Of a DNA stretch of 64,000 nt, positions 1-10,466 are shown piece by piece. The notes beneath the pieces were generated by a model, which worked only from the letters and a program-made list of their open reading frames with translations, was not told the origin of the DNA and ran no database searches. Source of the DNA: Flavobacteriales bacterium (GTDB taxonomy: Bacteria > Bacteroidota > Bacteroidia > Flavobacteriales > Schleiferiaceae); the NCBI GenBank assembly GCA_002737315.1, contig NSIH01000002.1, forward strand, positions 2,430-66,429, in the 5' to 3' direction. Position 1 is the first letter of the stretch; each line of letters begins with the position of its first letter. A program made the translations under genes and the position numbers.

Positions 1-1245
1 GACCTGAGCAACTTCATGATTTCGTAACACCATGCGAAGCGACCCGCTCGACAGCAGTGCAGCGAGCGCCTCCGCGTCGGGCCGGCGAACGGTCGTCATG
101 CGCAAGCCGTACTCGGCACTGGTTCGGTAGCCTGCATTGAGGCGCTCTAAAGCGCGCGGAACCGCAATTCTATCGTTGTTTACCGCAAACTGGGTCGAGA
201 GGGCACGGTGCTGCGCGGCCCTCACCAAAAGGCCTTCTTCGGCAAAAATTCGGTAGACCTCGCTGAGATTCCCCTCCGACAAAAAACTAAAGTCGCGGCT
301 CGCAACCTCGATTAGCACCTGATTCTCGTGGCGAATCCAGCAGGGAACCTCCGGGCGAAGGGCTGCAAAGGGTCCTACTTCGGTACCGGCTGCCTCAGGG
401 TTCATGAAGGACCGAATTTGCAGTACGGTTCCTCCTTGCGCCAGAGGCTGTATGGTTTTGGGGTGAATTATACTGGCCCCATAAAAAGCCAGCTCGATGG
501 CCTCACGGTAGGGTACCTCCTCAAGGCGGACGGCTCCCTCAAAAACCTTAGGGTCGGCGCTGAGCATGCCGGGAACGTCCTTCCAGATGACCAAAACTTT
601 AGCTTGGAGCGATTGGGCAAACACCGCCGCGCTGTAGTCGGAACCCTCTCGCCCCAGGGTCGTGGTCGTATGGTCGGGCGCCGAACCAATAAAACCTTGG
701 GTGATGGTTACCTCTGCAGGACTTACTAAAGCCTTGGCCACAGCGGCTTGAGTTTGGGACCAGTCCACGCTGGCCCGTCGGTAGGTCGCGTCGGTTCGCA
801 GGACCGTTCGGGCGTCGAGCCAATGGGTGTCGCGTCCGTCGGCGCGCAGGGCGGCAGCGAAGAGGAGCGACGAGGCAATTTCGCCTAAAGAAACGGTTGC
901 GTCGTAGCGCGGATTGTAGGCTTGCTCCGAATTCACCCGGTCGGCTTGGGCCCACAAGGCTTGGAGTTGGTCGCGGAGCTCCGGGTCGAGCAAGCCCAAC
1001 TCTTGGGCAATGCCCTCGTGAAAGCCTGCTATTTCTTGGAGTTCGCGTTGGGCCTCCTCGAGCTGACCCATCTCGCGAGCCTCAATGAAGCGCTCCAGGG
1101 CATTGGTTGTTTTGCCCATGGCAGAAACCACCACGAGCAAGGGAGCCTTGCCGTAGTCGCGAACCAGTCGAACCGCATTGCGCAGGGCTTCGGGGTCTTT
1201 GACCGACGCGCCGCCAAACTTAAATACAGACCAATTATGAAGCAT
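1..1245 (-). CDS. lysC: aspartate kinase, C-terminus runs off the left window edge
   Basis: Absent from the ORF track because no stop lies in the window. My reverse-strand translation from the ATG at 1245 reads [55 protein letters not shown], which carries the KFGG.S and SAMGKTTN aspartokinase signatures. I checked every triplet down to position 1 and found no stop (415 codons). Confidence 0.85.
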   Translation of the reverse strand, partial: MLHNWSVFKFGGASVKDPEALRNAVRLVRDYGKAPLLVVVSAMGKTTNALERFIEAREMGQLEEAQRELQEIAGFHEGIAQELGLLDPELRDQLQALWAQADRVNSEQAYNPRYDATVSLGEIASSLLFAAALRADGRDTHWLDARTVLRTDATYRRASVDWSQTQAAVAKALVSPAEVTITQGFIGSAPDHTTTTLGREGSDYSAAVFAQSLQAKVLVIWKDVPGMLSADPKVFEGAVRLEEVPYREAIELAFYGASIIHPKTIQPLAQGGTVLQIRSFMNPEAAGTEVGPFAALRPEVPCWIRHENQVLIEVASRDFSFLSEGNLSEVYRIFAEEGLLVRAAQHRALSTQFAVNNDRIAVPRALERLNAGYRTSAEYGLRMTTVRRPDAEALAALLSSGSLRMVLRNHEVAQV

Positions 1246-1759
1246 AAAGAGGGTATCGAAGGGGAAAGTTCGCCAGGGCCAGCTCGCCGAGGCGGCAGGG
1301 AATCCAATCCCGGTTCAGCTCGGCTCCCAAACCCTCATAAAAGTCAATTGCGGGCTGGTTCCAATCGAGGACTTCCCAGTGAAGGCGCTGGGCACCAATG
1401 GACTGAGCCCAGGACACTGCGACTTCGAGCAGCCTGCGGCCCAAACCCTGGCCGCGAAAGTCTTCGAGCACCACGAGGTCCTCGAGGTGGGCCGTCAAAC
1501 CCTTCCAGGTAGAGTAGCGTCGGTGGCAGACTACGAGCCCTATGGCCCTTCCCTGGCCTTCCGTGGCCAACCAAGCTTCAAAGTGTCCGGCCTCAAGGTC
1601 CGCCCGCATGCTGGCCTCCGTGAGAGTCACCGCATGGGCAGCGCGCTCAAATTCCGCAAGTACCCGCACTAGGCTAAGCACCGCTGGAATGTCGCCAGCA
1701 CCAGCCTTGCGTATCAAAATACCTTCAGAATGCGCCACCACGCAACGAAAGTAATGCAC
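1235..1759 (-). CDS. GNAT family N-acetyltransferase
   Basis: 174-aa ORF with an acetyl-CoA-binding motif ([11 protein letters not shown]) and a GNAT-type length. Its stop overlaps the lysC start by 11 nt. The GTG start is uncertain. Confidence 0.7.
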   Translation of the reverse strand: MHYFRCVVAHSEGILIRKAGAGDIPAVLSLVRVLAEFERAAHAVTLTEASMRADLEAGHFEAWLATEGQGRAIGLVVCHRRYSTWKGLTAHLEDLVVLEDFRGQGLGRRLLEVAVSWAQSIGAQRLHWEVLDWNQPAIDFYEGLGAELNRDWIPCRLGELALANFPLRYPLYAS

Positions 1760-1796
1760 TTCGGCTATCTTTACCGCAACCCTAGATTACTACCCT

Positions 1797-2804
1797 ATGA
1801 GTGCAGCGCGCGCTATTACGCTTGGCGAGTACTTGATTGAAAACCAAGAAAAATTTCCCTATGCCAAGGGGGAGTTGACCGCCCTTCTCTCGGCAATTCG
1901 TTTGGCGGCCAAGGTCGTTAACCGAGAAATTAATAAGGCGGGCATCGCCGACATTTTGGGAGCCAGCACCGAAGACAACGTGCAGGGAGAGCGCCAAATG
2001 AAGCTAGACGTCTATGCCAACAACGTGTTTATCAAAGCCTTGCGCCAACGTGGCGAAGTGGCTGGTGTCGCGTCCGAGGAGCTTAAAGACTTTATTGCCT
2101 TTACGGATCCGATTCACGCAAACGCTAAGTACATCATCGCCATAGACCCCCTTGACGGCTCGAGCAACGTCGACGTCAACGTCTCAATCGGCACCATTTT
2201 TAGCATTTACCGACGCGTAAGCCCCATCGGAAGCCCCGTGCAGCTCGAGGACTTTCTTCAGCCTGGCAACGCGCAGGTGGCCGCAGGCTATGTGATTTAT
2301 GGCTCGTCGACCATTTTGGTCTACACCACGGGCTATGGGGTACACGGATTCACCCTCGACCCCTCGCTTGGGACGTTTTTGCTCAGTCACGAGAACATTC
2401 GCATGCCCCAACGCGGCGTGATTTACTCCATTAACGAGGGAAACTACGTGCATTTTCCGGAGGGCGTGAAGCGCTACCTCAAGTTTTGCCAGGAGCTGGA
2501 CTTAGCGACCGACCGGCCCTATACCTCGCGATACATCGGGTCCCTGGTGAGCGACTTTCACCGCAACATGATTAAGGGCGGAATTTACATTTACCCCACC
2601 GGAACCAAGAGTCCTAAGGGCAAGCTGCGCTTGCTTTATGAGTGCAATCCCTTGGCCTTTATCGCCGAGCAATCGGGCGGGCGGGCCACCGACGGATTTA
2701 ACCGAATTTTAGACCTAAAGCCCGAAGAACTTCACCAGCGGGTGCCGTACTTTGTCGGCTCTACCGCGATGGTCCTCGAAGCCGAGGGTTTTCTTCGCGG
2801 TTGA
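1797..2804 (+). CDS. fbp: fructose-1,6-bisphosphatase class 1
   Basis: 335 aa with the DPLDGSSN metal-binding motif and FBPase-like sequence throughout. ATG at 1797. Confidence 0.9.
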   Translation: MSAARAITLGEYLIENQEKFPYAKGELTALLSAIRLAAKVVNREINKAGIADILGASTEDNVQGERQMKLDVYANNVFIKALRQRGEVAGVASEELKDFIAFTDPIHANAKYIIAIDPLDGSSNVDVNVSIGTIFSIYRRVSPIGSPVQLEDFLQPGNAQVAAGYVIYGSSTILVYTTGYGVHGFTLDPSLGTFLLSHENIRMPQRGVIYSINEGNYVHFPEGVKRYLKFCQELDLATDRPYTSRYIGSLVSDFHRNMIKGGIYIYPTGTKSPKGKLRLLYECNPLAFIAEQSGGRATDGFNRILDLKPEELHQRVPYFVGSTAMVLEAEGFLRG

Positions 2805-5800
2805 GTCTTTTTTGGCCGCACCTAATTCATTTTTAGAAATTTACCGCAGCGACCCGCGCGTCGCAGCCTTTTTGCGGACCTGGGCCTCGGCAGCAGCCGG
2901 ATCTCATGTTCCGCTTTGCGGAGCGGCAGGGTCCCTGCAGGCCGTCGTCGCAGCGAGCGCCCTTTTGGAGCTAAAACGCCCCATTATCCTGCTGCGTAGC
3001 GACAAAGAGGAAGCCGCCTATTTTTTCAACGACCTCGAGAAACTGCTCCCCAAAGATTCGGTACTGTTCTTCCCGGACTCCTACCGCAGGCCCTATGCCG
3101 ACCGCGACCAGATTGACAATGCCAACATAGGGCTACGCGCTGAAGTTTTGGACCGATTGCGCGGAACGAAGCCGATTATTGTGGTTACCTACCCCGAGGC
3201 CATTGCCGAGAAGGTCATTACGCGAACCCAACTGGACTCCCGAAGCATGGAGGTTGCACTTGGCGCCAAGCTCGACGTCAACTTTTTAAACGAGTACCTT
3301 TTTGAGCTGCACTTCGAGCGCGTCGATTTTGTCGAAAAGCCCGGGCAGTTCGCCGTTCGGGGCGGGATTGTGGATGTTTTTTCATTTGCGCATTCTGAGC
3401 CGCATCGCCTGGAATTCTTTGGTTCCGAGGTAGAGAGCATTCGCACCTTTGATGTGGTTAACCAGCTTACGTTGAGCCGTGTAGACCGCATGACCCTGGT
3501 ACCCAACGTTGAAGACAAGACCAGCGACGAGCGCCGTGAGTCGCTCACGTCCTACGTGGGTCCCGAGGCCCTAGTTTGGGTGGAGCGTCCCGAAGTGGCC
3601 TTGGACAAGCTCGACCGAATTCATGCCCTGGCCGAGGAGGCCTACGTGGCCCTACAGTCTGTGGTGCGCCGTCTTGAGCCGCATAAGCTCTATTTGCGGG
3701 GGGCAGAATGGGAGCGCGAACTCAAGGGCCGAGTGCTGGCTGTTGACGGCAAGCTTCCGGACCCTAGTTCGCTGCAAACCGCTGCGCAGCCTGCCTTTGC
3801 CAAGAATTTTGATCTCTTGACCCGAACGCTAGACGGCCATCGGCAAGCCAAGCGGGAGCTCTGGATTATGTGCGGCCAGGAGAGCCAACGCGAGCGCCTT
3901 AAGGCTATTTTGAATGACCTTCAGCCCGAGGGGCAGGAGTTGGTGGTTCATTGGATCGACGGGGCGCTGCACCGCGGATGGGAGGACCCGGTTGCTGGCC
4001 TGATCGCCTACGTGGACCATGATCTTTTTGAGCGCTACCAGCGGTTCACGATTCGCGACCAGCATGAGCAGGCCCAAGCATTGACGCTTAAGGACTTGAA
4101 TGCGCTTCAGGTGGGTGATTATGTAGCGCACATCGACCATGGCATCGGGAGGTTCGGCGGCCTCCAAAAGATTGATGTGGGCGGCGTGAAGCAGGAGGCA
4201 ATTAAGTTGGTTTACCGCGATTCAGACGTTCTTTATGTGAGCATTCACGGCCTGCATAAGATTGCACCCTATGCGACCAAGGAGGGTACAGAGCCAAACC
4301 TGAGCAAGTTGGGCTCGCCGGCCTGGCAGAATGCAAAAAGTAAGACGAAGCGCCGCGTTAAGGAGGTTGCTTTTGATTTGATTAAGCTATATGCCAAGCG
4401 GCGCGAGGCCAAGGGCTTTGCCTTTAGCCCAGACAGCTACCTGCAGCACGAACTCGAAGCCTCCTTTGCCTTCGAAGACACTCCCGACCAAATCAAGGCC
4501 ATGGCAGACGTTAAAAACGACATGGAATCCCCCATTCCCATGGACCGTCTAATTTGCGGAGACGTGGGCTTTGGCAAGACTGAAATTGCCGTGAGGGCGG
4601 CGTTCAAGGCGGTTGCAGACAGCAAGCAGGTGGCCATTTTAGTACCTACAACGCTGCTGGCCTTTCAGCACTTTCGCACCTTCAGCAAGAGGCTCAAGGA
4701 CCTGCCTGCACGAGTGGACTACATTAACCGATCGCGAAGTGCCAAAGAGATCAAAGCTATACTTCAAGACCTTGAAGAGGGCAGAATCGACATACTCATT
4801 GGCACCCACCGCATCCTGAGCAAAGACCTAAAATTTAAGGACCTGGGCCTCATGATCATCGACGAGGAGCAGAAGTTTGGGGTCAACGCCAAAGACAAGC
4901 TCAAAACACTGAAGGCCAACATCGACACCCTGACGCTGTCGGCGACTCCTATTCCGCGCACCCTGCAGTTTTCGCTCATGTCGGCGCGGGACCTCAGCGT
5001 AATGACGACTCCGCCCCCCAACCGCCAGCCCGTTGATACCTACCTGATGGGCTTCAACGAAGAACGCCTGCGAGACTCCATCTCCTATGAAATTAGCCGA
5101 GGCGGCCAAATCTTTGTCATCAACAACCGCATTCAAAACCTCAGCGAGGTGGCCGGAATGCTGCAGCGCCTGGTTCCCGATGCGCGCATTGCTACAGGAC
5201 ACGGCCAAATGAACGGGCACGAAATGGAGGAGCTGATCATTGGCTTTATGGAGGCGCGGTTCGACGTATTGGTGAGCACCACTATAGTCGAAAACGGGCT
5301 AGACGTGCCCAATGCCAATACCATTATCATACTCGACGCGCACATGTTTGGCTTAAGCGACCTGCACCAGATGCGCGGACGGGTTGGGCGGAGCAACCGC
5401 AAGGCATTTTGCTACCTCATCTCGCCTCCCCTTGGCGGACTTCCGGAAGAGGCGCGCAAACGCTTGCAGGCCCTTGAACAGTTTAGCGACCTTGGATCCG
5501 GATTCAAAATAGCCCTTCGCGACCTTGAAATCCGGGGTGCCGGCGACCTGTTGGGCGCCGAACAGAGCGGATTCATTAACGACCTGGGCTTTGAAACCTA
5601 CCAAAAACTCTTGGCCGAGGCGGTCGAAGAACTCAAGCAGTCTGACTTTAAGGAACTCTACCAGGAGCAGCGAGGCGGCTGGACGCAAACGCGGGAATGC
5701 CAGCTCGATACCGACTGGGAACTGCTGCTTCCCGACACCTACGTAAACTCGGTCGAGGAGCGACTCCGCATTTACCGCGAACTCGACGCATTGCCGGGCC

Positions 5801-6162
5801 CCGAAAGCCTTGAAACCTATCGCCTAGGCCTTGTAGATCGCTTTGGAACCCTTCCGCCCGCCGCCGAAAACATGCTGCAGTCCCTGCATATTCGCTGGTT
5901 GGGCCAGTCCATGGGCATGGACAAAATCCGCATCAAATCCAATAAGCTCATGGCCTATTTTCCGGACGATGGCGATTTCTCGATTCCCGAGCACGTTTTG
6001 GGACAGTTTTTGGAAGACCTTCAGCGCAACAGCAAAAGGTTTCAAATGAAGCAAAAGGACCGGCGCAACTACCTTGTCGTGGACGGCGTCTACAAGGTCT
6101 CTGAAGCCATAGAATTGCTCCAGCACTGGGATCATAAAAAAGTAAAAGAATCAATAGCATGA
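2752..6162 (+). CDS. mfd: transcription-repair coupling factor
   Basis: About 1130 aa. Helicase motifs [16 protein letters not shown] and [10 protein letters not shown] are present, with a TRCF-type C-terminus. The longest ORF starts at a TTG inside fbp; the in-frame TTG at 2812 just after the fbp stop is a more likely start. Confidence 0.9.
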   Translation: MSALPRWSSKPRVFFAVESFLAAPNSFLEIYRSDPRVAAFLRTWASAAAGSHVPLCGAAGSLQAVVAASALLELKRPIILLRSDKEEAAYFFNDLEKLLPKDSVLFFPDSYRRPYADRDQIDNANIGLRAEVLDRLRGTKPIIVVTYPEAIAEKVITRTQLDSRSMEVALGAKLDVNFLNEYLFELHFERVDFVEKPGQFAVRGGIVDVFSFAHSEPHRLEFFGSEVESIRTFDVVNQLTLSRVDRMTLVPNVEDKTSDERRESLTSYVGPEALVWVERPEVALDKLDRIHALAEEAYVALQSVVRRLEPHKLYLRGAEWERELKGRVLAVDGKLPDPSSLQTAAQPAFAKNFDLLTRTLDGHRQAKRELWIMCGQESQRERLKAILNDLQPEGQELVVHWIDGALHRGWEDPVAGLIAYVDHDLFERYQRFTIRDQHEQAQALTLKDLNALQVGDYVAHIDHGIGRFGGLQKIDVGGVKQEAIKLVYRDSDVLYVSIHGLHKIAPYATKEGTEPNLSKLGSPAWQNAKSKTKRRVKEVAFDLIKLYAKRREAKGFAFSPDSYLQHELEASFAFEDTPDQIKAMADVKNDMESPIPMDRLICGDVGFGKTEIAVRAAFKAVADSKQVAILVPTTLLAFQHFRTFSKRLKDLPARVDYINRSRSAKEIKAILQDLEEGRIDILIGTHRILSKDLKFKDLGLMIIDEEQKFGVNAKDKLKTLKANIDTLTLSATPIPRTLQFSLMSARDLSVMTTPPPNRQPVDTYLMGFNEERLRDSISYEISRGGQIFVINNRIQNLSEVAGMLQRLVPDARIATGHGQMNGHEMEELIIGFMEARFDVLVSTTIVENGLDVPNANTIIILDAHMFGLSDLHQMRGRVGRSNRKAFCYLISPPLGGLPEEARKRLQALEQFSDLGSGFKIALRDLEIRGAGDLLGAEQSGFINDLGFETYQKLLAEAVEELKQSDFKELYQEQRGGWTQTRECQLDTDWELLLPDTYVNSVEERLRIYRELDALPGPESLETYRLGLVDRFGTLPPAAENMLQSLHIRWLGQSMGMDKIRIKSNKLMAYFPDDGDFSIPEHVLGQFLEDLQRNSKRFQMKQKDRRNYLVVDGVYKVSEAIELLQHWDHKKVKESIA

Positions 6163-7070
6163 ACGCATTAAGGGCAAAAGGCATCCACAAGCGCTACGCT
6201 ACGCACCACGCGCTGCGGGGCTTAGACATGGAGGTTCCGCAGGGCAGTTTGTTTGGCCTCCTCGGACCCAACGGGGCCGGCAAGACCACGCTCATTCGAA
6301 TTATAAACCGAATTTTAGAAGCTGACGAAGGCAGCTTAGAGCTCTTTGGCTCGCCCCTGGGCCCTGATGCAGCACAGCGCATTGGCTACCTGCCCGAGGA
6401 ACGCGGGCTCTATAAAAGCATGAAGGTTGGCGAGCAGGCCATGTATTTAGCCAGGCTTCGCGGACTTTCTTCAGCCGACGCAAAACAGCGCCTGCACTCG
6501 TGGTTTGAGCGCTGGGAACTTCAGAGTTGGTGGGACAAAAAGGTCAGCGACCTGTCTAAGGGAATGGCTCAGAAGGTGCAGTTCATTACCACGGTGCTGC
6601 ACGAGCCAGAGCTCTTGATCTTCGACGAGCCCTTCTCGGGCTTTGACCCAATCAATGCGCAGCTGATTCGCGATGAAATGCTGCGGCTCCACCGCGAGGG
6701 GCGCACCATTGTATTCTCCACCCACCGCATGGAGAGCGTAGAGGAACTCTGCAGCCACATCGCCTTGGTGCATCAGGGGCGGAATGTGCTTCACGGAACG
6801 CTGCAGGACCTCAAGGACCAGCACCGATCGGGCCAATTCATCCTTCGCTACCGGTCAGAACAGCCTTTAGAACTGCACCTTCCCGAGGGCGTAAGCGCAT
6901 CAGAGCACCGCATTGAAACCGATGGAATTATTCACCTGGGGCTTCGCGCCGGCGTGCAGGATGCGAGCCGGGTACTCTCAGCCCTGGCAAGCCAAGTACA
7001 GCCCTACCAGTTTGAAGAGGTGGTACCGAGCATCGAAGATTTATTTATTAAAACCGTCACGCAGGCATGA
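6159..7070 (+). CDS. ABC transporter ATP-binding protein (NatA/YhaQ-like)
   Basis: Walker A GPNGAGKTT, signature-like LSKGMAQK, Walker B LLIFDEPFSGFD. ATGA overlap with the mfd stop. Confidence 0.85.
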   Translation: MNALRAKGIHKRYATHHALRGLDMEVPQGSLFGLLGPNGAGKTTLIRIINRILEADEGSLELFGSPLGPDAAQRIGYLPEERGLYKSMKVGEQAMYLARLRGLSSADAKQRLHSWFERWELQSWWDKKVSDLSKGMAQKVQFITTVLHEPELLIFDEPFSGFDPINAQLIRDEMLRLHREGRTIVFSTHRMESVEELCSHIALVHQGRNVLHGTLQDLKDQHRSGQFILRYRSEQPLELHLPEGVSASEHRIETDGIIHLGLRAGVQDASRVLSALASQVQPYQFEEVVPSIEDLFIKTVTQA

Positions 7071-8380
7071 AACCATTCTTACTAGTTGCCCAGCGAGAAA
7101 TCACCACTCGAATCCGCAAAAGAAGCTTTTTGGTGATGACCCTCCTCGGGCCCATACTCTTTGGAGCACTCATCATTGCGCCTGCCCTACTGTCCAGCTC
7201 GAGCGAACCCGAGGACCTCAATCTTCTAGTGGTGGACCACAGCTATATCTTGCCCGGAACCCCCAAGGCCGAAGGCGCAAACCTCGCCTACCTCAATCCT
7301 GCGGAGGTCAGCGAAGAACAGGGGCTGAAGTTGGTCCGCGACCAAGAGGAGGTAGACGGCCTGCTCTACATTCCGGAATCCATTAATGGCGATGCGGAAT
7401 TCAGCATTCAAAATGCCAAGCTTTACACCAAAGAGACGGCGCCGCTTGGGCTGGCCAGCGAGCTTGAAGGCCTGCTCGAGCGCTTTGCCTACGAGGGCAA
7501 GCTTCGCCATTTTGGGGTTGATCCGGCCATCGTGACCCAAGCCAAGTCCTCAGCCTCGGTTAAGTCTTTGGAATTGAGCGATCAGGGCAGCCAGGCATCG
7601 GGCACCGAGGTCAAGACCGCCATTGGCTTTTTGGGCGGAATTCTGGTTTATATGTTCACCTTTTTGTACGCAGCCCAAATTATGCGCGGCGTTATTGAAG
7701 AAAAAACATCGCGCATCGTCGAAGTTCTGGTAACCTCGGTTAAGCCAGCCCAACTTATGCTGGGCAAAATTCTAGGCATTGCCACGGTAGGGCTTCTTCA
7801 GTTTGGCATCTGGATTGTTCTCACCCTGGCCGTCGCTTCGGCAGCGGGAGCAGCCGGACTTCTTGCTACCGATCCCAGCCAAATGGAGGCCATGTCGGCC
7901 GCCGGCATGCCCCAATCGGGCATGATGCAGTCCGCGCTTGAAGTGCTTGACACGATTAACGTGCCTGGGCTCATCGGCATGTTCTTGTTCTACTTCTTGT
8001 CGGGTTACCTTCTCTACGGGGCCCTGTTTGCGGCCGTTGGTGCAGCCGTCGACAGCGAAACCGACACGCAGCAGTTCATGCTCCCCCTTACCCTACCCCT
8101 GGTCCTCACCTTTGTCATGGCAACCTCCATGATGGAGAATCCCAACGGAACGCTTGCCGTCGTTTTATCGATGATTCCCCTTTCTGCCCCTATTGCGATG
8201 ATGATTCGCATACCCTTTGGCGTTCCCTGGTACGAACTTTTGGCGAGCATGAGCTTCATGGTTCTCGGGTTTCTGGGCACCGTTTGGCTCGCGGGCCGCA
8301 TTTACCGAGTCGGAATCTTGAGCTACGGCAAAAAGACGACCTACGCCGACCTCTGGAAGTGGATCCGCATGAAGCATTAA
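7067..8380 (+). CDS. ABC-2 family transporter permease (NatB-like)
   Basis: 437 aa with an N-terminal TM segment, a large loop and then a C-terminal multi-TM block. ATGA overlap with the upstream ATPase gene. Confidence 0.75.
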   Translation: MKPFLLVAQREITTRIRKRSFLVMTLLGPILFGALIIAPALLSSSSEPEDLNLLVVDHSYILPGTPKAEGANLAYLNPAEVSEEQGLKLVRDQEEVDGLLYIPESINGDAEFSIQNAKLYTKETAPLGLASELEGLLERFAYEGKLRHFGVDPAIVTQAKSSASVKSLELSDQGSQASGTEVKTAIGFLGGILVYMFTFLYAAQIMRGVIEEKTSRIVEVLVTSVKPAQLMLGKILGIATVGLLQFGIWIVLTLAVASAAGAAGLLATDPSQMEAMSAAGMPQSGMMQSALEVLDTINVPGLIGMFLFYFLSGYLLYGALFAAVGAAVDSETDTQQFMLPLTLPLVLTFVMATSMMENPNGTLAVVLSMIPLSAPIAMMIRIPFGVPWYELLASMSFMVLGFLGTVWLAGRIYRVGILSYGKKTTYADLWKWIRMKH

Positions 8381-8389
8381 TTAATAGCC

Positions 8390-9334
8390 ATGGCGCATAC
8401 GGCTGTTCTTGATTTAGGGACCAACACCTTCAATCTTTTGGTGCGGAGCGCCGACGGCGCCCTAGTTTTTAGCGACAAACTATCCGTGCGCCTGGGTGCG
8501 GGCGGACTTCGCGACGGAATCATTGCCCCCGACGCTGCGGATCGAGCCCTAGCCGCTGTGGCACAGCACCTTGCCAGCGCTCGTGCCCATGGGGCAGTAC
8601 GAAGCTTCGCCTTTGCCACCTCGGCCATGCGGTCCACGGCCAATGGCGCGGAGCTCGCAGCGCGAATCGAGGCCGAGACCGGACAGGCAATTTGCATCAT
8701 TGATGGCGACCAAGAGGCTGCCTTTATCGCAGAGGGCGTGGCCCAGGCCTGGCCGGAACTCCGCGACCGGCACCTCATCATGGACGTCGGAGGTGGCAGC
8801 ACCGAATTCATTCTCAGGGAGTCGGGGCAAACCCTTTGGTCGGCAAGTTTTAGCCTCGGAGTAAGCAGAATTTTTGAGCTTTTTTTGCCCGGAGACCCCC
8901 CAAGCCCGCAGGAATGGACGGCGATCGACCACTACCTGGAGTCTGAACTGGCTCCATTGTGGGCAGCCATTGACCAGAATCCCTGCGGGATTTTAATCGG
9001 TTCAAGCGGATCCTTTGATACGCTTTACAATGTGATGGCCCGGCTGTCCGGACGAGAAGAACTGGCACTTGCACAAGCCCGGGCAGAATTCGATCTGGCT
9101 TTATGGCCAAAGACCTCCAAGGCAATACAGTCCGCCAAGACCGAGGCACGACTTTTGATGCCTGGAATGCTCGCCATGCGGGCCGAAACCATGCACCTCA
9201 GTGCTCGGCAAATCGACTTAGTATTGGCACGAATCAACGCACACCGCATGCTTCTCAGCGGCTTCGCCCTTAAAGAAGGCGTTTGGAACAGCATCAAAGA
9301 CCCCGAAACCCCATGGCGCGCATACTCCTGGTAG
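8390..9334 (+). CDS. Ppx/GppA family phosphatase (exopolyphosphatase-like, single domain)
   Basis: 314 aa. The N-terminus LDLGTNTFNLLV and the later DVGGGSTEF are the actin-fold phosphate-binding motifs of Ppx/GppA. Confidence 0.75.
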   Translation: MAHTAVLDLGTNTFNLLVRSADGALVFSDKLSVRLGAGGLRDGIIAPDAADRALAAVAQHLASARAHGAVRSFAFATSAMRSTANGAELAARIEAETGQAICIIDGDQEAAFIAEGVAQAWPELRDRHLIMDVGGGSTEFILRESGQTLWSASFSLGVSRIFELFLPGDPPSPQEWTAIDHYLESELAPLWAAIDQNPCGILIGSSGSFDTLYNVMARLSGREELALAQARAEFDLALWPKTSKAIQSAKTEARLLMPGMLAMRAETMHLSARQIDLVLARINAHRMLLSGFALKEGVWNSIKDPETPWRAYSW

Positions 9335-10458
9335 AAGACGAAAAAGCCATTCGCAATGTGCTCCGTAACATCCTGCTCAACGAGGACCCCAAGCATTCCA
9401 TCGACGAGGCCGAAGACGGAGAGCAGGCCATAGAAGCCCTAGACGGAGCGAGCTACGACCTGGTGCTTTGCGACATTAAAATGCCCAAGCGCGACGGCCT
9501 CGAGGTTCTGGCTCATGCCATGACCCACTACGGCGACACTCCCTTTGTGATGATTAGCGGGCACGGTGACCTCGATACCGCGGTCGGCTGCATTCGAGGC
9601 GGAGCCTACGACTACATTGCCAAGCCGCCGGACCTCAACCGACTCATAACCACCATCCGCCAAGCCCTGGACCGCAAAAAACTGGTCGCCGAAAACCATC
9701 GATTGCGCAAAAAAGTAGACAAGAAGTTTGAGATGGTTGGGGAATCTGCTGCGCTAGAATCGGTACGTGCCATGCTCGAGAAGGTGGCTCCTACCGATGC
9801 ACGGGTCCTGATTATGGGTCCCAATGGGAGCGGTAAAGAAATTGTTGCGAACCAACTTCACCAGTTTTCGGCCCGATCACGCCAGCCCTTCATTGAGGTT
9901 AATTGCGCAGCCATACCCTCAGAACTTATTGAATCGGAGCTTTTTGGTCACACAAAAGGTTCCTTCACTAGCGCGATTAAAGACCGCAAGGGCCAGTTTG
10001 AATTGGCCGACGGCGGAACCCTCTTTCTGGACGAGATTGGCGACATGAGCCTCTCGGCCCAGGCCAAGGTGCTTCGGGCCCTTCAAGAGGGCAGCATTAC
10101 GCCGGTGGGCAGCGGCAAGTCGGTGTCGGTCAACGTGCGCGTGCTCGCGGCCACCAACAAAAACCTAAAAGTTGAAATCGCGGCCGGACGCTTTCGCGAA
10201 GACCTTTACCACCGCCTGAGCGTGATTGTAATTGAGGTACCGGCATTGAACGACCGCCGCGACGACATTCCCCTTCTTGCCCAACACTTCCTGGACCAGA
10301 TGCAAGGGCCTGCCAAGCAATTGAGTTCCGAAGCGATGAACCATTTAAAGCAAATGGATTGGACCGGCAACGTGCGCCAGCTTCGCAACGTTATCGAGCG
10401 GCTTTACATCCTGGGAACGAGCCCAATCACTGGGGAAGAGGCCGAGCGATACGCCTAA
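9313..10458 (+). CDS. sigma-54-dependent response regulator (receiver + AAA+ domains, no C-terminal HTH)
   Basis: Receiver domain (RILLVEDE, DLVLCDIKMP). AAA+ Walker A GPNGSGKE and a GAFTGA-type loop that reads GSFTSA (9958-9975). The protein ends 19 aa after NVRQLRNVIERL. ATG at 9313 chosen over the upstream ORF start at 9283; it overlaps the ppx-like gene by 22 nt. Confidence 0.85.
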   Translation: MARILLVEDEKAIRNVLRNILLNEDPKHSIDEAEDGEQAIEALDGASYDLVLCDIKMPKRDGLEVLAHAMTHYGDTPFVMISGHGDLDTAVGCIRGGAYDYIAKPPDLNRLITTIRQALDRKKLVAENHRLRKKVDKKFEMVGESAALESVRAMLEKVAPTDARVLIMGPNGSGKEIVANQLHQFSARSRQPFIEVNCAAIPSELIESELFGHTKGSFTSAIKDRKGQFELADGGTLFLDEIGDMSLSAQAKVLRALQEGSITPVGSGKSVSVNVRVLAATNKNLKVEIAAGRFREDLYHRLSVIVIEVPALNDRRDDIPLLAQHFLDQMQGPAKQLSSEAMNHLKQMDWTGNVRQLRNVIERLYILGTSPITGEEAERYA

Positions 10459-10466
10459 GGCAGCAC

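Noticed and set aside
6159-8380. ABC ATPase plus permease, considered as the missing gldA partner of gldFG
   Set aside because: The ATPase is translationally coupled to a 437-aa NatB-like ABC-2 permease, which forms a self-contained NatAB-type pair. Nothing links it to the gldFG locus 50 kb away.
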